From a virus: DNA of 64,000 bases. Each line of letters opens with the position of its first letter. Position 1 is the first letter of the stretch. The stretch lies in IMG/VR virus record IMGVR_UViG_3300006033_000025; one strand, 5' to 3'. Below the pieces are notes generated by a model, which saw only the letters and a program-made list of their open reading frames with translations, was not told where the DNA came from and searched no databases. Below, piece by piece: positions 35,256-44,645 of this stretch. The position numbers were made by a program, and so were the translations under genes.

Positions 35256-35272
35256 GTTTTCGTTTTCGTTGG
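35255..35272 (-). promoter_or_regulatory. recurrent leader motif CCAACGAAAACGAAAAC directly upstream of ATG
   Basis: plus-strand TGTTTTCGTTTTCGTTGG; identical 17-mer recurs at 56645..56661. Confidence 0.5.
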
Positions 35273-35277
35273 AAGGT

Positions 35278-35301
35278 CCCTGCCGGCTTTCGCCGGCAGG
35301 G
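35278..35301 (-). terminator. hairpin CCCTGCCGGC-TTTC-GCCGGCAGGG between two genes
   Basis: perfect 10-bp stem, 4-nt loop, just downstream of stop of 35310..35816; no strong U-tract. Confidence 0.45.
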
Positions 35302-35309
35302 TGCGTTGT

Positions 35310-35816
35310 TCAGGCTGGCTTGGTCGACTCGTTGCGAACCGCCGGAGCGGTGTACTTCGTCATGCGGTAGCTGTCGACCCACATCACGCGCATGCTCTTG
35401 TCGGATGCGATCTGGGCCACACAGAGATCGAGAACCTGTCCCCACAGCGGGGTGCCGGGCTCGAAGTTGTCGCCGTCCGCTGAGGACAGCACGTGGCCCT
35501 TCATGCGTTCGACAACCTTCAGCACGATGAAGGGACCGTACGAGCGGCGATCCTTGAAGATCTCACCCTTCCAATCCACGACGTCGTACTGCTGGAACGG
35601 TTCGGGGTTGGTGAAGTAGGTCCGTGCCATCGCGTCGAGGGCCTCGGGCGTGTTCAGGGTGCGCGTCAGCGACGCCTCAGCAGCCATGGCTGCTTCGCGC
35701 TTAGCCATCTCTTCCTGGGCACGCTTCTTCATGGCTGCCTCAGCTCCGGCGATCATCTTGGCGAGGTCCGACTGGGCCTCGCGTTCGACGTTGTCGCTCT
35801 CGGGATCATCGCTCAT
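35310..35816 (-). CDS. hypothetical protein
   Basis: 168 aa; AAGGAG SD. Confidence 0.7.
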   Translation of the reverse strand: MSDDPESDNVEREAQSDLAKMIAGAEAAMKKRAQEEMAKREAAMAAEASLTRTLNTPEALDAMARTYFTNPEPFQQYDVVDWKGEIFKDRRSYGPFIVLKVVERMKGHVLSSADGDNFEPGTPLWGQVLDLCVAQIASDKSMRVMWVDSYRMTKYTAPAVRNESTKPA

Positions 35817-35827
35817 GTTCGTCTCCT

Positions 35828-36226
35828 TCAGTGTTTGTGGCCGTTGGGCGGGAGCATCACGCGGCCACCGGCCGCGAGCATGGCTTTCCGCTGTGCTTCT
35901 TCCATGTTCTTGATCTCGGCCTGGGCCGATTCGTCGAAGCGGTCGAAGGCTTCGGCGAGATTGGTGGCTTCGATCTTGAAGCGGAAGGGCTGCTCCTGGC
36001 GGCGTGCACCCTGCGGGGTGTTCACGATGCCAGTTACGAAGCCCTGTCCGACGTAGTCGGGAATCGACACCGACATGCCGAACGGAGCCGCCGGATCGAA
36101 CTCGGTGAAGACCTCGATCATGCGGCCCATGTTGTCGATGAAACGCTCGATCCGGCGGATCGTGCGCGGCGTCGGGACTTCCTTCAGGACTTCGTCTCCC
36201 GACATGCTGACAGGCTCGTCGGCCAT
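35828..36226 (-). CDS. hypothetical protein
   Basis: ATG at 36226 overlaps upstream stop (TAATG) (MADEPVSMSGDEVLKEVPTP...). Confidence 0.6.
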   Translation of the reverse strand: MADEPVSMSGDEVLKEVPTPRTIRRIERFIDNMGRMIEVFTEFDPAAPFGMSVSIPDYVGQGFVTGIVNTPQGARRQEQPFRFKIEATNLAEAFDRFDESAQAEIKNMEEAQRKAMLAAGGRVMLPPNGHKH

Positions 36227-36690
36227 TAGAGACCCCGCGCCTTGTCGGTCACGCCGGCCCACAGCTCGTAGCAGTCGGTCTCGTTGATCTGACCGAGCTT
36301 GACGAGGTGGGCGAAGACCGCGAACGGGGTGCGGCCGAACATCTTGCCGAGGACGACGAGATCCTTGTTGCCGCACTGGAACTTCGAGCAGAGGCTCTGA
36401 TCGGCATTGTAGTCCCAGCGGGCGCCGTGGTTCTTGGCGTCGTAGCTGATGTGGCCGAGCTGGAAGTGGGTGTGGCTGTTGCTCATGCGCTCGGCCAGGA
36501 AGTCGCGGAGCGACTTGGGCTTCGAGCGCTCGGCCTCCAGCTTGGTGATGCGGTCGTTGAGGCGCTGGATGAGGCAGGCCGTCTCGGCGTCCATGATGGG
36601 AGCGACGAGCTTGACCTTCGGCTTCTTCTTCTGCTCACGCTTCAGCGCAGCGAGCTTCGCCTTGGGGGACTTGGCTTTGGGAATGGACAT
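36226..36690 (-). CDS. hypothetical protein with basic N-terminus
   Basis: 154 aa; GAAAGGAAC leader. Confidence 0.65.
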   Translation of the reverse strand: MSIPKAKSPKAKLAALKREQKKKPKVKLVAPIMDAETACLIQRLNDRITKLEAERSKPKSLRDFLAERMSNSHTHFQLGHISYDAKNHGARWDYNADQSLCSKFQCGNKDLVVLGKMFGRTPFAVFAHLVKLGQINETDCYELWAGVTDKARGL

Positions 36691-36713
36691 GCGTTCCTTT
36701 CGAACGGATGGGT

Positions 36714-38996
36714 TCAGGTGAGGTTGAGGAACATGTCGGGCTCGTTGCGCAGGATCTTACCCCAGCGATCGTTGCCTTCGGACATCTTTCCGGTTTCTTT
36801 GTTCAGCTTGGGCACAGCGACGTCCATCTCGTCTTCGTACATGGACTCGGTGACCGTGATCTCTTCAGGCTTGATGAGGATAGCCCAGTTCATCGGGTGG
36901 TTGTTCCCAGGCCCGAAGACGTCGATGAGGTGCTGCCGTGCCTGGAGCACAGCCTCACGCTTCCGATCGGTGATGATCATGACTTCGTCGTGGATGTGCA
37001 GGATGTCCACGACGCCGCGCTTCTTGAGTTCGAGAAGCCCGTAGCAGAGCGCGTTGCGCGCTGCCGACTGGGTGACGTTCTCAATCGCGAGCTGCTTGGT
37101 GAACGGCTTCTCTTCGCCGGTCGCCTTGAGGATGGTGAGCCTTGGTTCCGAGTGGTTGTTCGTGAAGATCGAACGGACGAGCGGCTGACGCCAGCACACC
37201 GTCGGAGTCCACGGGCCACAACGAACGCGAAGGCTAACTCCTGTTGTTTCGTCGGGATCGAGTTCGATGCCGATCTTGTTTCGATCAGGAGCATAGTGCG
37301 ACTGGTACATCCGGTCGATTTCGTACTGTGCGTTGGCAGCACTGTCGCCGCACGCAGAGACGTTCTCAACCAAGCGGAGCAGCCAATCAGCCACGCGGGT
37401 GTACTCGGGGTACGCTTCGTTGAACAGACGGTGAATGTGATATGCAGCGAGAGCTGTAATCTCGGTGCAGTTGGTCTTCTCCATGATGTAGTTGAGCCGC
37501 TTGCTCTTCTCCCACCCAAGAGACAGACGCATCTCATTCAACTTCTCTTCAGTCACCTTGCTCTTCTTGTCCGCGAGAACGCCCAGTAGGACGTTTGCGT
37601 AGCCTGCGGCACCCATGCAGTAGCCGAGGCCGAGCACAGCAGACTTGGCGACCTGACGAACGGGATCCTTCTTGGTGATCGCGATCGACGTCATGGCCTT
37701 CCACGTCATGCAGTACGGATCGTTGTTGATGTCGCCGCCAAGGGCAGGGTCGAACATCTTGAACACATTCTTGGAGTCCGTCAGCCATCCTTCGACGCGG
37801 AACTCGACGTTCGCGAGGTCACCACGCACCAGACACTTGTCTGGCGGCATGCGGAACACGCGACGGATCGGTTCAGCAACCGACTTGTCGTGCTTCGGCA
37901 CGTTGTGCAGGTTCAGGCCCTTGCCAGATGATGGAGAGCTGAAGCGGAACGTGTGAGCACGGGCAAAGCCAAGCTCAACGTCGACTTCAGGAACGCCACG
38001 GAAGATCTTGGATCGACGACCGTGGCTGATCATCTTGTTGGCACGGCTGGTCTGCTTCAGCAGGTTCGTCACCTCCGGGTACTTGGCCTGGAGGATCGGG
38101 CTGAGCTTCTTCAGGCTCGTCGTCGGAAGCGTGACGTTCCACTTCTCGGTGATGAGCTTGCTCAGGCGCTGAACACGTACGGAACGGAGGGACCCGTCGC
38201 CCGTGTTGCGGTTGAACACTTCTGCGAGCTGCTCCATAGAGAGCAGTTCGGACGCGTTCTCCTGAGCATCGTTGGCATTCAAGTCCAGCTTCTCAATGAG
38301 CTTCACGAGCGCATCTGGATCTACGACGAAGTTGAACTGACGGACGTGGTGCGTCATCAGTGCGATCTCCTGCTCCCGTGCAGAGAGGCAGGCGATCTGG
38401 TAGTAGTAGATCTCTCGCATCGAATCGACGTCGCGGGTGTTGTACTGGGCCATTTCGGCACCAGTCAGCTGCTCCAGCGTCTTGCCAAAAGCCTCTTCGA
38501 CGTCGATCTTCAGCATGTGGACAGGAAGCTGAAGGAACGCGCCGAGCGCCTTCAGGCTGTAGCCACCAACGCACTCAGGCCACGCACCCATAGCGCCCTC
38601 GACGGTGCACCACACGTTCTTCGGCTGCGGGATGCCCAGCATGAAGCGGAGCACACGAATGTCGAAGGCCGCATTGTGACAGACGAAGACGTAGCGCGGG
38701 TCCTTAGCCAGCTCAGTGAGTAGCGCGATGAGGTCTTTGGGCGCCTCACCGTTCGGCGTCAGCCACACCTCAGTCGCGCTGTCTGCAATGGCAACAGCGA
38801 TTGACGTGAGATAGCTGTTCTTGATGTACTGCCTGAGCGTCATCGACGACAGCGAGATGCCGCGTCGCTCATTCATGTACGTTTCAACGTCGACGAAGAC
38901 TGGAATCAGCGTCGACAGTGGTCCCTCGGTCGCGTAGCGCCGACGGGCGCACGTGACCGAGGCCACGGTTTGCACCGTGGTCGGTTCAGTCAGCAT
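36714..38996 (-). CDS. DNA polymerase, family A, with 3'-5' exonuclease domain
   Basis: exo I VDVETY, exo II HNAAFD, exo III YNTRD; pol motif A DLANVEFRV, motif B RQVAKSAVLGLGY, motif C IHDEV. Confidence 0.9.
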   Translation of the reverse strand: MLTEPTTVQTVASVTCARRRYATEGPLSTLIPVFVDVETYMNERRGISLSSMTLRQYIKNSYLTSIAVAIADSATEVWLTPNGEAPKDLIALLTELAKDPRYVFVCHNAAFDIRVLRFMLGIPQPKNVWCTVEGAMGAWPECVGGYSLKALGAFLQLPVHMLKIDVEEAFGKTLEQLTGAEMAQYNTRDVDSMREIYYYQIACLSAREQEIALMTHHVRQFNFVVDPDALVKLIEKLDLNANDAQENASELLSMEQLAEVFNRNTGDGSLRSVRVQRLSKLITEKWNVTLPTTSLKKLSPILQAKYPEVTNLLKQTSRANKMISHGRRSKIFRGVPEVDVELGFARAHTFRFSSPSSGKGLNLHNVPKHDKSVAEPIRRVFRMPPDKCLVRGDLANVEFRVEGWLTDSKNVFKMFDPALGGDINNDPYCMTWKAMTSIAITKKDPVRQVAKSAVLGLGYCMGAAGYANVLLGVLADKKSKVTEEKLNEMRLSLGWEKSKRLNYIMEKTNCTEITALAAYHIHRLFNEAYPEYTRVADWLLRLVENVSACGDSAANAQYEIDRMYQSHYAPDRNKIGIELDPDETTGVSLRVRCGPWTPTVCWRQPLVRSIFTNNHSEPRLTILKATGEEKPFTKQLAIENVTQSAARNALCYGLLELKKRGVVDILHIHDEVMIITDRKREAVLQARQHLIDVFGPGNNHPMNWAILIKPEEITVTESMYEDEMDVAVPKLNKETGKMSEGNDRWGKILRNEPDMFLNLT

Positions 38997-39006
38997 GCAT
39001 GCTCCG

Positions 39007-41829
39007 TTACTTGTTGCGGTTCGGCTGCGGCTTGTCGCTGCCGTACTTGTCGGGGTTCTGCGCCACGTCCTTGATGTCTGAGGCCGTGTCGCGCTTCAGG
39101 TTGTCCTTGATGACGTCGGCCTGCGTTCCAGTCGGAGCCTGTGCGGCCACGGGGGCTTCGCCGGCCTTGAAGTGCGCGTTCAGTTCCTCAGCAGACGGAG
39201 CCGTGGGATCACAGTTGAAGTTGCCGCGCACCATGCGGTAGTAGCGGCGCTTCTCGGTCGGGGAGCGCGGGTCGTGGTACGACTCGATCTTCCAACCGTC
39301 GATCACCATCTTGCCGTCCTTCACAGCGTTGCAGAACTTCTGCACCGCCGTGCTCTCCTTGATGTGGTACTCGCGGAGAACGTCGGAATAGCGGCGCTGA
39401 TCCTGGTCTTCGACCATCTTGCGCAGCATTTCGGCAGCGCCCCACATCTTGCCATCGTTGCGAGCGATGATCTCCAGCGTGCTGACGGTGCACTGGCTGA
39501 AGAAGTGGCGGGCCGAGAACTCGCCGTTCGCACCGATCTCATCAGCCAGTCCGCTTTCGGTGGCCTTGAGATGCTGGTCCTCACACTTGTTGGCACATGC
39601 CTCGAAGTAGTCGTAGACCTCCTTCTCAGTGCCACCAGCAGCCTGACACAGAGCCACGGCAACTGCGATGAACGCAGAGAAGCGGTTGTGCTTGCTGGCC
39701 TTCGGGACGATGGTGTTCAGCTTCTCGACGAAGCCGATGCGGTCCATCCACGCGAGCGCGTTCATGCGCACGGTGCTGGCAGCGACGCCAGTGCCGATGA
39801 TCGTCAGCTCTTCGTCGGTGCACCGCGACTTGTCGTCGATAGTGTCCATGAAGAAGCAGAACGAACGGTTGCGGATGTCGACAGGGAACGCGCTGATCTT
39901 CGCGCAGATGACCATGGAGTGCTTGAGCTTGACGCCCTTGCTGTTTTCCATGGCGCGGCCCGGCGTGACCGTGCCACCCGTTGCCAGCGACTGGAGTCCG
40001 GCCTGAGCCAGGAAGTGCTCATGGCTCGACGGCAGCTGGAACTCGTCGTAGATCGCGGTGCCGTAGTCGTCGAGCGGCGAAGCCGCAGCGCGCTGAGCAG
40101 GTGCGCTCGACGAGCGCGACGGGATGATGACAGGAACGTTCGGGCAGATCGTGTGCAGCATGATGCGGCCCAGATTGGTCTTGCCCTGATTGGTCGTCTC
40201 TTCCTTCGTATGACCCATGGGGAGGATCATGCCGATAGGGTACTCGTTCACCATGGAGTTGCCGAGCTTCGTACCAGCCAGCTTGGGGCGAGCCAGATTC
40301 AGCAGGATCCAGGTGTCGAAGATCGCGTTGCGTGCCCGGACCATGCCCAGGTCATTGCAGTTGCGGATGTACTTGAAGACGGTTTCGGACGGGAGCATCG
40401 GCTTCACCTCTTTCGGGAGACAGGACTTCCAGGTCATGAGTTCGGACTTCGTGAGCGCGCCTTCAGGCCACTGGATCGCACCGATGTCGAGACCCGTGAG
40501 GATCTCTTCGATCACGACCTTTCCGCTGTCGTAGTCGATGTGTGCGACGTTGGTCGCGCCGATGCCGTAATCGACGAACATGTATTCCCCGATGTACTTC
40601 ATGGTGGGGACCAGTTCGACAGCCCGTGGAACAGCGAGGTGAATCAGATCATCGAGCGAACGAAGCTCGCACAGATCAGTCGGGCGCAGCATGTCGAAGA
40701 TGCCCAGGACGCTCGTCGACGGCGGCGGGAAGTCAGCATTGACTGACGTCGGCAGGCCGAGGGCCTTGAGAACGTCGATGCGCAGCTTGGTGTTCTGCGA
40801 CATACCGAACGATGCCCGCAGCTGTGTTGCGTCGAGGTAGAACAGGTTGCGACGCCCGTCGCGGATCACCTGCACGACGGGGCAGCCACGGTCACTGACA
40901 TGGCTGAACCGCGCGTACTTCAGGATGTGCGTGAGGATGACGAGCGTGAACCAGTCACCGGGAGCACACGAACGGCGTTCGAGGAACGCAGTCAGCTTTG
41001 CACCGTCGACGCGCAGCAGACCCATGGGGTAGCCATGGATTCGGCGTGCGACCATAGCGGACTCACGCAGCTGGTCTTCGTGGCAGGTCTCCCAGAAGTC
41101 GAGGCCCTCGTAGTAGTCCTTCAGCCGGCTTGCGACAGCACGAACGACACCGAAGCCGAGGCCCGTGAGCAGGCACAGATGCTTCCCATAACGAAACTCG
41201 GCGTCGAGATACTCGGCGCCGAGAGGCTTGAACCAGAAGCGATGGAGCTTGGCGAGCTGGTCGACGATCTCTCCGAGTGTCACGATGTCTTCAGTCACCA
41301 TCGTGCCGATCGCGGAGTGTGCCAGCGTGTTGCCAGCAGCTCCGAGACCTGTTGAGGCGCCGAATGGGCAGTCCTCTTTGAGCATCTTGACGAATGCCTC
41401 TTGGCATCCTGCATTGTCAGCGAGTGGAGATCCAGCGTTGCTACGGTTCCATGACGTCGGGCGATCATCGCTCTTATTCACGAATCCCGGCAGCCACGGG
41501 TTGGTCTCATCGAGACGACGCGAGAGGTTCAGGTTGCACTTCTTCGCGAACTGTTCCCAGGTCTCGCCTGGGCTGATTCCGCGAATGGCGCGCACAGCCG
41601 GAACATCGAACGGCGTCAGCTCTTCGACCTTCGGGAGCGTGGGGTTCTGCTGCGTGTGGTAGTGCCATGTCGAGGCACGACGAACAACAGCGAGCCAGGG
41701 CTCCTTCGAGAACTTCTGAAACTCTTCGATCACTTCCCGGCTGAACATCGGGCCGGTGTAATCATCCGGGTGCTTGATGACGGGTTCGCCACTTGGTGCC
41801 GGTTCCGGCACCGTGTTCACGGCATTCAT
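39007..41829 (-). CDS. large replication protein (940 aa), putative primase/helicase
   Basis: Walker-A-like NQGKT and hhhhDE-like AIYDEF in central region; position between DNA polymerase and exonuclease genes; domain call tentative. Confidence 0.85.
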   Translation of the reverse strand: MNAVNTVPEPAPSGEPVIKHPDDYTGPMFSREVIEEFQKFSKEPWLAVVRRASTWHYHTQQNPTLPKVEELTPFDVPAVRAIRGISPGETWEQFAKKCNLNLSRRLDETNPWLPGFVNKSDDRPTSWNRSNAGSPLADNAGCQEAFVKMLKEDCPFGASTGLGAAGNTLAHSAIGTMVTEDIVTLGEIVDQLAKLHRFWFKPLGAEYLDAEFRYGKHLCLLTGLGFGVVRAVASRLKDYYEGLDFWETCHEDQLRESAMVARRIHGYPMGLLRVDGAKLTAFLERRSCAPGDWFTLVILTHILKYARFSHVSDRGCPVVQVIRDGRRNLFYLDATQLRASFGMSQNTKLRIDVLKALGLPTSVNADFPPPSTSVLGIFDMLRPTDLCELRSLDDLIHLAVPRAVELVPTMKYIGEYMFVDYGIGATNVAHIDYDSGKVVIEEILTGLDIGAIQWPEGALTKSELMTWKSCLPKEVKPMLPSETVFKYIRNCNDLGMVRARNAIFDTWILLNLARPKLAGTKLGNSMVNEYPIGMILPMGHTKEETTNQGKTNLGRIMLHTICPNVPVIIPSRSSSAPAQRAAASPLDDYGTAIYDEFQLPSSHEHFLAQAGLQSLATGGTVTPGRAMENSKGVKLKHSMVICAKISAFPVDIRNRSFCFFMDTIDDKSRCTDEELTIIGTGVAASTVRMNALAWMDRIGFVEKLNTIVPKASKHNRFSAFIAVAVALCQAAGGTEKEVYDYFEACANKCEDQHLKATESGLADEIGANGEFSARHFFSQCTVSTLEIIARNDGKMWGAAEMLRKMVEDQDQRRYSDVLREYHIKESTAVQKFCNAVKDGKMVIDGWKIESYHDPRSPTEKRRYYRMVRGNFNCDPTAPSAEELNAHFKAGEAPVAAQAPTGTQADVIKDNLKRDTASDIKDVAQNPDKYGSDKPQPNRNK

Positions 41830-41940
41830 TGAGTTTTTCCTTCGTCGGGTGAGAAGCCGGAGGCCAAGCCGGCTTTGGATAGCGGGCAGTGTGTGCTGCC
41901 GGGACCTGTAAGCCTAGCTGATGGGCAAGGCCGTCAAGCC

Positions 41941-41955
41941 GCCACATGTTGTGGC
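41941..41955. repeat. palindrome GCCACATGTTGTGGC in intergenic region
   Basis: 6-bp arms around a TGT centre. Confidence 0.5.
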
Positions 41956-42010
41956 GTCATAAGTGCAGACCACCACGGGTAGCACGCGTGCATTACGCTG
42001 CATTCCCTGG

Positions 42011-42060
42011 TATTGCCCGCTATTGCCGTGTATTGGCCTATATTCCGGCTATTCGCGGTC
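42011..42060. repeat. array of five phased 10-bp direct repeats (TATTGCCCGC TATTGCCGTG TATTGGCCTA TATTCCGGCT ATTCGCGGTC)
   Basis: exact 10-bp periodicity of a TATTSC core; intergenic, upstream of the primase/helicase-polymerase block. Confidence 0.7.
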
Positions 42061-42702
42061 TGCTCCATCGTCCGCAGGCGCTGCGCGCATGCCTTCGCCG
42101 CTGAGCATCCACTTGAGCCCAGCGATTGAAGCGCGGCAGTCGTACTTCGCGTCGTGAGCCTTCTCGATGTTGTAGCCCGCGTACTTCGCGAGCGTGCCGA
42201 GGTTGTTCTTGCCGTTCACGAGTGCGCCCGTTGCCGGATCGCGCACCTTCAGCATGTTGTTCTTCTTGCGCCACTCCTTGAACTCGACGAGGGTGTCGAC
42301 CATGTCCGGTGAGAACATCATCGCGCACATCGGGAAGAACTTCTGGAGGAACGTCACGTCGAAGCGACGGATGTTGTGCCCGATGCTGACGGGCTTCTGG
42401 TCGGGGAACCACTGCCGGATGTACTTCGCGAAGAAGACTTCGGCTTCCTTCAGCGGCATGGCGTTCGCCCAGCCAGCTTCGGTGTAGCCGTTCACAGCAG
42501 CAGCTCCGGGCTCGATGATGAGGCCGGGCACCGGCTTGATCTTCACGCTGAGCGCGTCGATCTCGTCGAGCGCAGCAGTCACGACGACCATGGCGAGCTG
42601 GAGCGGCGGATTCTTCTCCGGGCTGAGGCCGCCGGTCTCGAAGTCGTAGGCGATGCCATAGGCGCCGGACGTTGCAGTGGGGACAGATGCGAGTTCAGAC
42701 AT
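42049..42702 (-). CDS. DnaQ-like 3'-5' exonuclease (DEDDh)
   Basis: exo I YDFETGG, exo II HNIRRFD, exo III HDAKYD; ATG at 42702; earlier part of track ORF is junk. Confidence 0.75.
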   Translation of the reverse strand: MSELASVPTATSGAYGIAYDFETGGLSPEKNPPLQLAMVVVTAALDEIDALSVKIKPVPGLIIEPGAAAVNGYTEAGWANAMPLKEAEVFFAKYIRQWFPDQKPVSIGHNIRRFDVTFLQKFFPMCAMMFSPDMVDTLVEFKEWRKKNNMLKVRDPATGALVNGKNNLGTLAKYAGYNIEKAHDAKYDCRASIAGLKWMLSGEGMRAAPADDGADRE

Positions 42703-43504
42703 GGTGATTTCCGTACTTCTGAGCGAGACGCTTGAGACTGGCTCCAGCGACTTCATCGAGGGTGAGGCCGGCGCTGATGGCGACGGCATTGAGGTAGAAC
42801 AATGCGTTGCCGAGTTCGACGCACAGAACGTCTTTCGGGATGCCGTTGGCGTCGCGCGTGGCTTTCTTGATGAGGGACGCGATCTCACCGGACTTACCGG
42901 CGAGGCCGAGCGCACTATAGCCGAGCGACCCGAGCGCAGTGTTCGGCAGCTTCGGGACGCCCTGTGCGTAGGCATTGAACGTCATCGTCGTATCGGAGTC
43001 AGCCTTGAGCTGCACGTTCTTGTGCACCGTCACGACGTTGTCTTCGACGACGATCGTGCCGACGTCGCCGGTCTCTTCGCCTTGCCAGATGAACTGGCCG
43101 TTGGCCTTGATGCCCCATGGCTTGAAGAGCTTCTCGATGAGGTATTCGAGCCACTCGGTGTACTTGTAGAACTTCTCGCCGCCATTCCAGACGAGATCGC
43201 CGTCATCGTCGATGATCCACTGACACCAGAGGCCGGGCTGCGTGCCCGGTGGGCGGTTGTTGTCGAGGACTGACTTGAAGTGGTCGCCCTGGCCGAAGTC
43301 GCCGGGTTCGCCGACGAAGAACTCGCCCTCGTCACCGGGCGGAAGCCCGACGGCTTCACGAATCGGATCAGGAACGCCGACGAGCCGCATGAAGCTACGC
43401 TTCATGCGGCGGGTGTCGGCGAGCTTGTTGATGAAGGCAGCCTGTGCGTCGCTCAGCTTTGGCGACAGCACGAGGTTGCCCTCGAAGTTGGTGGTGTATC
43501 CCAT
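42695..43504 (-). CDS. two-domain protein with C-terminal MazG-like NTP pyrophosphohydrolase domain
   Basis: ATG at 43504 overlaps upstream stop (TAATG); C-terminal LCVELGNALFYLNAVAISAGLTLDEVAGASLKRL is MazG/HisE-like. Confidence 0.65.
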   Translation of the reverse strand: MGYTTNFEGNLVLSPKLSDAQAAFINKLADTRRMKRSFMRLVGVPDPIREAVGLPPGDEGEFFVGEPGDFGQGDHFKSVLDNNRPPGTQPGLWCQWIIDDDGDLVWNGGEKFYKYTEWLEYLIEKLFKPWGIKANGQFIWQGEETGDVGTIVVEDNVVTVHKNVQLKADSDTTMTFNAYAQGVPKLPNTALGSLGYSALGLAGKSGEIASLIKKATRDANGIPKDVLCVELGNALFYLNAVAISAGLTLDEVAGASLKRLAQKYGNHHV

Positions 43505-43764
43505 TAGAGCCGCTTCTCGGGAAGGTCGACGCGAAGCGCTTGGGCTTCGGGCCGGTAGTTGATGTCGTTGGCGATCGCGTTCACCGCATCCTCCGGGTAG
43601 GTGCATCCACCAACCCGGAAGAAGTGAATGAAGGCTTCTTTGTTGGCTGCGACGAACTTCTGAACGATGATGCGCTCTTCGATGATCTCGTCGATGCGCT
43701 GGTTGTGCCGACGATCGAGTTCGCGCTGGAGTTCGTCTTCACTGAATGTGCTGAGGTCAGTCAT
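43504..43764 (-). CDS. hypothetical small protein
   Basis: last 86 codons of track ORF 43504..44559; ATG overlaps upstream stop (TGATG); MTDLSTFSEDELQRELDRRHNQRIDE... Confidence 0.55.
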   Translation of the reverse strand: MTDLSTFSEDELQRELDRRHNQRIDEIIEERIIVQKFVAANKEAFIHFFRVGGCTYPEDAVNAIANDINYRPEAQALRVDLPEKRL

Positions 43765-44645
43765 CAGTACCTTGAGTTGTTGTAGAGTTTGTAGCCCCAA
43801 CCCCAGACGTGCTTGTGCGTCGCGGAGAGGTGCTCGAAGATGCCGCCGTCGTCGTACTTGCCGCTGACGCCATTCCAGATGTCGAGCAGCACGGAGTCGT
43901 ACTTGGTCGCCGGGTCCCAGAGCGTGGGCGGGACCGTCTTCACTGCCTGCCGGCGCAGATAGCCAGAGCGCTGCGTGATCGCTCCGAGTGCATCGGCCAG
44001 CAGCGTGTCCGTCAGCCCCGTGAGGACACGGTAGACGTCGCTGTGGAGGATGGTGACACGATCGCCGAAGTCCTCCTTCAGCGATGGGCCGACGAGGTCG
44101 ATGACGGCCTTGTCGATCTCGACGACGGTGACGTGCTTCACGGTCTTCTTCATCAGTGCCTTTCGGGCGATGATGCCGAGGCCGAGGCCACCGACGAGTA
44201 CATGCCCCCTGGCACGCTTCCAGCCCTGACGCATGGAGAGGATCTCCATCGGCGTGTAGGACATGACGACGTCGCCGTTGTCCGCGATCACCGGGATGTT
44301 CACCTCGGCATCGAAGTAGACACAGGCTCGACGGCCGCCGGGGTAGACGTCGAGAGTGTTCTGCGCGTCGTAGCCCGTGAAGTCGAAGCGATGGCGGAAG
44401 TGCTTGCCAGCCGTCGGGAACGGACGCAGACCGAACTTCTTGCGGTCGCCCAGGCTGATGGCCTCGCCCCACGCCGACGAACTCGACAGCGGCTTGTGGT
44501 TCTTCAGCCACGGCAGCAGCTCGTACATGCTGGCTGTGAACGACTTGGCGTCGATGCACAGGCGGTCATTCGGCTCGATGGTGAACGTGTCGACGTCAAA
44601 GTGATGCGCCTGCATGGCAGGCTTTTCGAGAGTTGCGGTGCTCAC
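43764..44645 (-). CDS. class I SAM-dependent methyltransferase-like / spermidine synthase-like protein
   Basis: GxGxG motif HVLVGGLGLGIIA followed by acidic VVEID; fold assignment from motif only. Confidence 0.65.
   Translation of the reverse strand: MSTATLEKPAMQAHHFDVDTFTIEPNDRLCIDAKSFTASMYELLPWLKNHKPLSSSSAWGEAISLGDRKKFGLRPFPTAGKHFRHRFDFTGYDAQNTLDVYPGGRRACVYFDAEVNIPVIADNGDVVMSYTPMEILSMRQGWKRARGHVLVGGLGLGIIARKALMKKTVKHVTVVEIDKAVIDLVGPSLKEDFGDRVTILHSDVYRVLTGLTDTLLADALGAITQRSGYLRRQAVKTVPPTLWDPATKYDSVLLDIWNGVSGKYDDGGIFEHLSATHKHVWGWGYKLYNNSRY

Noticed and set aside
39007-41829. Ribonucleotide reductase interpretation of the 940-aa protein
   Set aside because: No NxCxE/CEGG-type radical-transfer motifs. 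The genomic position between polymerase and exonuclease fits a replication factor instead.
41830-42048. tRNA genes in the longer intergenic gaps (41830..42048, 27716..27865, 48441..48587)
   Set aside because: No T-arm GTTCGAATCC-like or cloverleaf-compatible sequence seen by eye. A tRNAscan run would be needed to be definitive.
42011-42060. 10-bp repeat arrays as CRISPR
   Set aside because: Units are only 10 bp, with no spacers of 25-40 bp and no cas genes.
43765-44559. 351-aa R-rich minus ORF 43504..44559
   Set aside because: Only the last 86 codons (from ATG 43764) look coding. The remainder is an alternative frame of the methyltransferase-like gene 43764..44645.
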